From Telmatocola sphagniphila (GTDB lineage: Bacteria; Planctomycetota; Planctomycetia; Gemmatales; Gemmataceae), in contig NZ_CP074694.1 in assembly GCF_018398935.1 (NCBI RefSeq), positions 4,650,001 to 4,682,000 of the forward strand: DNA of 32,000 bases, in the 5' to 3' direction. Below are positions 30,646 to 32,000 of the stretch, piece by piece. The position numbers and the translations under genes were made by a program. Numbering within the stretch: position 1 is the stretch's first letter; each line of letters begins with the position of its first letter. The notes below the pieces were generated by a model that saw nothing but the letters and a program-made list of their open reading frames with translations, was not told where the DNA came from and did not search any database.

Positions 30646-32000
30646 ATGGATTTCAGTACCGGAGATACTCCGATGAAGAAGAAACCCGATGCGGAACTGC
30701 TGGCCGATTTCGTCGCCGAGGCCAAGCAGTATCTGACGCTGATTCCCGGTTATCTGGAGACTTTTCTGGCCGATAACAGCCAGGGAGAATCGATCCAGGA
30801 AGTCTTCCGGCTCTCGCACAGCATCAAGGGCGCGGCCTCGATGGTCGGCCTTCCGGAACTGAGCGAACTGGGTTACAAGCTGGAGCGCGCGGCCGAGGAA
30901 ATCGGGATGAATCCCGAGTGGGCCAGCACGGATAATCTCGAGTTGTTCCAGGAAACCCTGAACATCATCGGCGCTTATCTGGAGCGCTGTGCCGACGGCG
31001 ATTACGAGGATACTTCCGATCTTCAGGCTCTGACGCAAATCTGGGAAGAACCCACAGCCGCCTTCTCCGCCGAATCTCCTTCGCGTTTGCTGAAGATGGA
31101 CTATAGCGAGGAGGGCCCGGATTTCGGTTTCGATCCCGGCGAGCCCGACCTGGGAAGTTTCGAGCCCGCCGTCGCCGAAGAAAACAGCAGCAGCGAACCC
31201 ATCCCGCCGGAACTTCTGGAAATCTTCGCGTTGGAAGCGGAAGATCACCTCAAGAATATCACCACGCTGCTTCCCGAATTGCAGAACCAGCCGGAAGCCC
31301 GCGATCTGATTCAACAGATCCGCCGCAGCGCTCATACGCTAAAGGGCTCGGCGGCCATGGTCGGCTTCCACGACATCACCCATCTGTCGCACCGGATGGA
31401 AGATCTACTCGATCAGATGTACGAGGAAGGACGCAAGACGACCCCGGAGATTCTGAGCATCCTGTTCAAATCGACGGACGTGCTGGAAGACCTTTCCAAG
31501 GGCCAGAATCGTTCGAGCGAACTGAAAGCCCTCTACGGCGATTTCGAACAGATCCTTCAAGGAACCCCACTGGAATCGGCCGTCGAAGCCGAGGCCCCAG
31601 CGACGGTCGCCGTACCCGTCGAAAGACCCCCCGAGCCCAAGAATGCCCCGATTCCCGCACTGGAGCGGATTGCGGCGGCTCTGGCTGCGGGCAAATTGGT
31701 CGCTCCGGCTCCGGCAGCGGCGACTCCCGAGAAAGCCCGCCGCTCGGGCCAGTTTCTGCGCGTGCCGATCGAAAAATTGGACGATCTGGTGCGCCTGATT
31801 GGCGAGCTGGTCATCAGCCGAACCGAATTCGAACAACGCCTCAGCAATTACGTCCGCCAGATCGAAGAACTCCAGCTAAGCTCCTCGCGGCTGCGCCGTG
31901 CGGCCACCAAGCTGGAAACCGAATACGAAGCCCGCACGCTGGCCAGCAGCCGGTTGCGCAACTTCCCCGGTAAGAACGGCTCTTACCCGATGTTGTCGCT
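30646..32000 (+). CDS. ChpA/PilL-like CheA histidine kinase N-terminal part with at least two Hpt domains; 3' end beyond the window
   Basis: My own translation from the ATG at 30646 is open to nt 32000, so this ORF is absent from the supplied track, which listed no ORF without an in-window stop. Hpt 1 is VFRLSHSIKGAASMVGLPELSELGYKLE. Hpt 2 is IRRSAHTLKGSAAMVGFHDITHLSHRMEDLLD. Next come LRVPIEKLDDLVRLIGELVISRTEFEQ and a coiled-coil-like segment. An alternative start is the ATG at 30673 (MKKKPD). Confidence 0.8.
   Translation, partial: MDFSTGDTPMKKKPDAELLADFVAEAKQYLTLIPGYLETFLADNSQGESIQEVFRLSHSIKGAASMVGLPELSELGYKLERAAEEIGMNPEWASTDNLELFQETLNIIGAYLERCADGDYEDTSDLQALTQIWEEPTAAFSAESPSRLLKMDYSEEGPDFGFDPGEPDLGSFEPAVAEENSSSEPIPPELLEIFALEAEDHLKNITTLLPELQNQPEARDLIQQIRRSAHTLKGSAAMVGFHDITHLSHRMEDLLDQMYEEGRKTTPEILSILFKSTDVLEDLSKGQNRSSELKALYGDFEQILQGTPLESAVEAEAPATVAVPVERPPEPKNAPIPALERIAAALAAGKLVAPAPAAATPEKARRSGQFLRVPIEKLDDLVRLIGELVISRTEFEQRLSNYVRQIEELQLSSSRLRRAATKLETEYEARTLASSRLRNFPGKNGSYPMLS

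Noticed and set aside
499-31335. Many long ORFs lie antisense to, or out of frame with, the called genes. Examples: 499..1242-, 2348..3028-, 4507..5610+, 5837..6628+, 13295..13954-, 14749..15579+, 15667..16608+, 17844..18623-, 19632..20333-, 28021..28968-, 29388..30401-, 30394..31335-.
   Set aside because: Each fully overlaps a gene with strong family motifs on the other strand or frame. Their translations are Arg/Gly/Pro/Ala-rich and low in complexity, with no recognisable motifs. This is the typical shadow-ORF pattern of GC-rich DNA.
1-32000. I searched intergenic regions by eye for tRNA, rRNA, riboswitch or other structured RNA genes. Regions checked: 5671-5782, 8485-8640, 17728-17825, 23164-23328 and 24482-24779.
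   Set aside because: I could recognise no cloverleaf-compatible segments, rRNA-like conserved blocks or known riboswitch cores. Only short generic hairpins are present. A covariance-model scan (Infernal/Rfam, tRNAscan-SE) would be needed to exclude them formally.

Overview
This is a high-GC bacterial chromosomal segment, roughly mid-50s % GC by eye, with lower-GC islands. The gene repertoire points to Planctomycetota or a close relative: a PSCyt/DUF1549/DUF1553 gene paired with DUF1501, a DUF1080 protein, a PQQ-like beta-propeller and a VWA membrane protein. That taxonomic call is an inference from gene content. I support 26 protein-coding genes and saw no rRNA, tRNA or CRISPR array. All domain calls come from reading motifs in the supplied translations; no database search was possible.

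Gene order:
- PSCyt-DUF1549-DUF1553 (5' truncated) and DUF1501
- HMA-MauE membrane protein and a PfkB sugar kinase
- an hslV/hslU operon interrupted by a zeta-toxin-like P-loop kinase plus a 68-aa ORF
- TPM-domain protein with a long Gly-rich tail
- arginase-family protein
- an IS200/RAYT-type HUH transposase flanked on both sides by ~400-bp arrays of composite hairpin repeats
- PQQ-like propeller, UDP-glucuronate decarboxylase, ATP-grasp protein, VWA/amidotransferase-like membrane protein
- GlnE, DUF1080, MATE transporter, glycine-zipper lipoprotein, CoaD
- a PilG/PilH/PilI/PilJ/ChpA-like (type IV pilus class) chemosensory cluster that runs off the 3' edge

Most unusual observations:
1. The toxin-like cassette is translationally coupled inside hslVU.
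2. The chemosensory cluster has non-canonical parts: a CheW fused to ~460 aa of Ig-like repeats, a PilG-like receiver fused to TPR repeats and a zinc ribbon, and an orphan 192-aa ORF.
3. The RAYT sits in a repeat-array locus.
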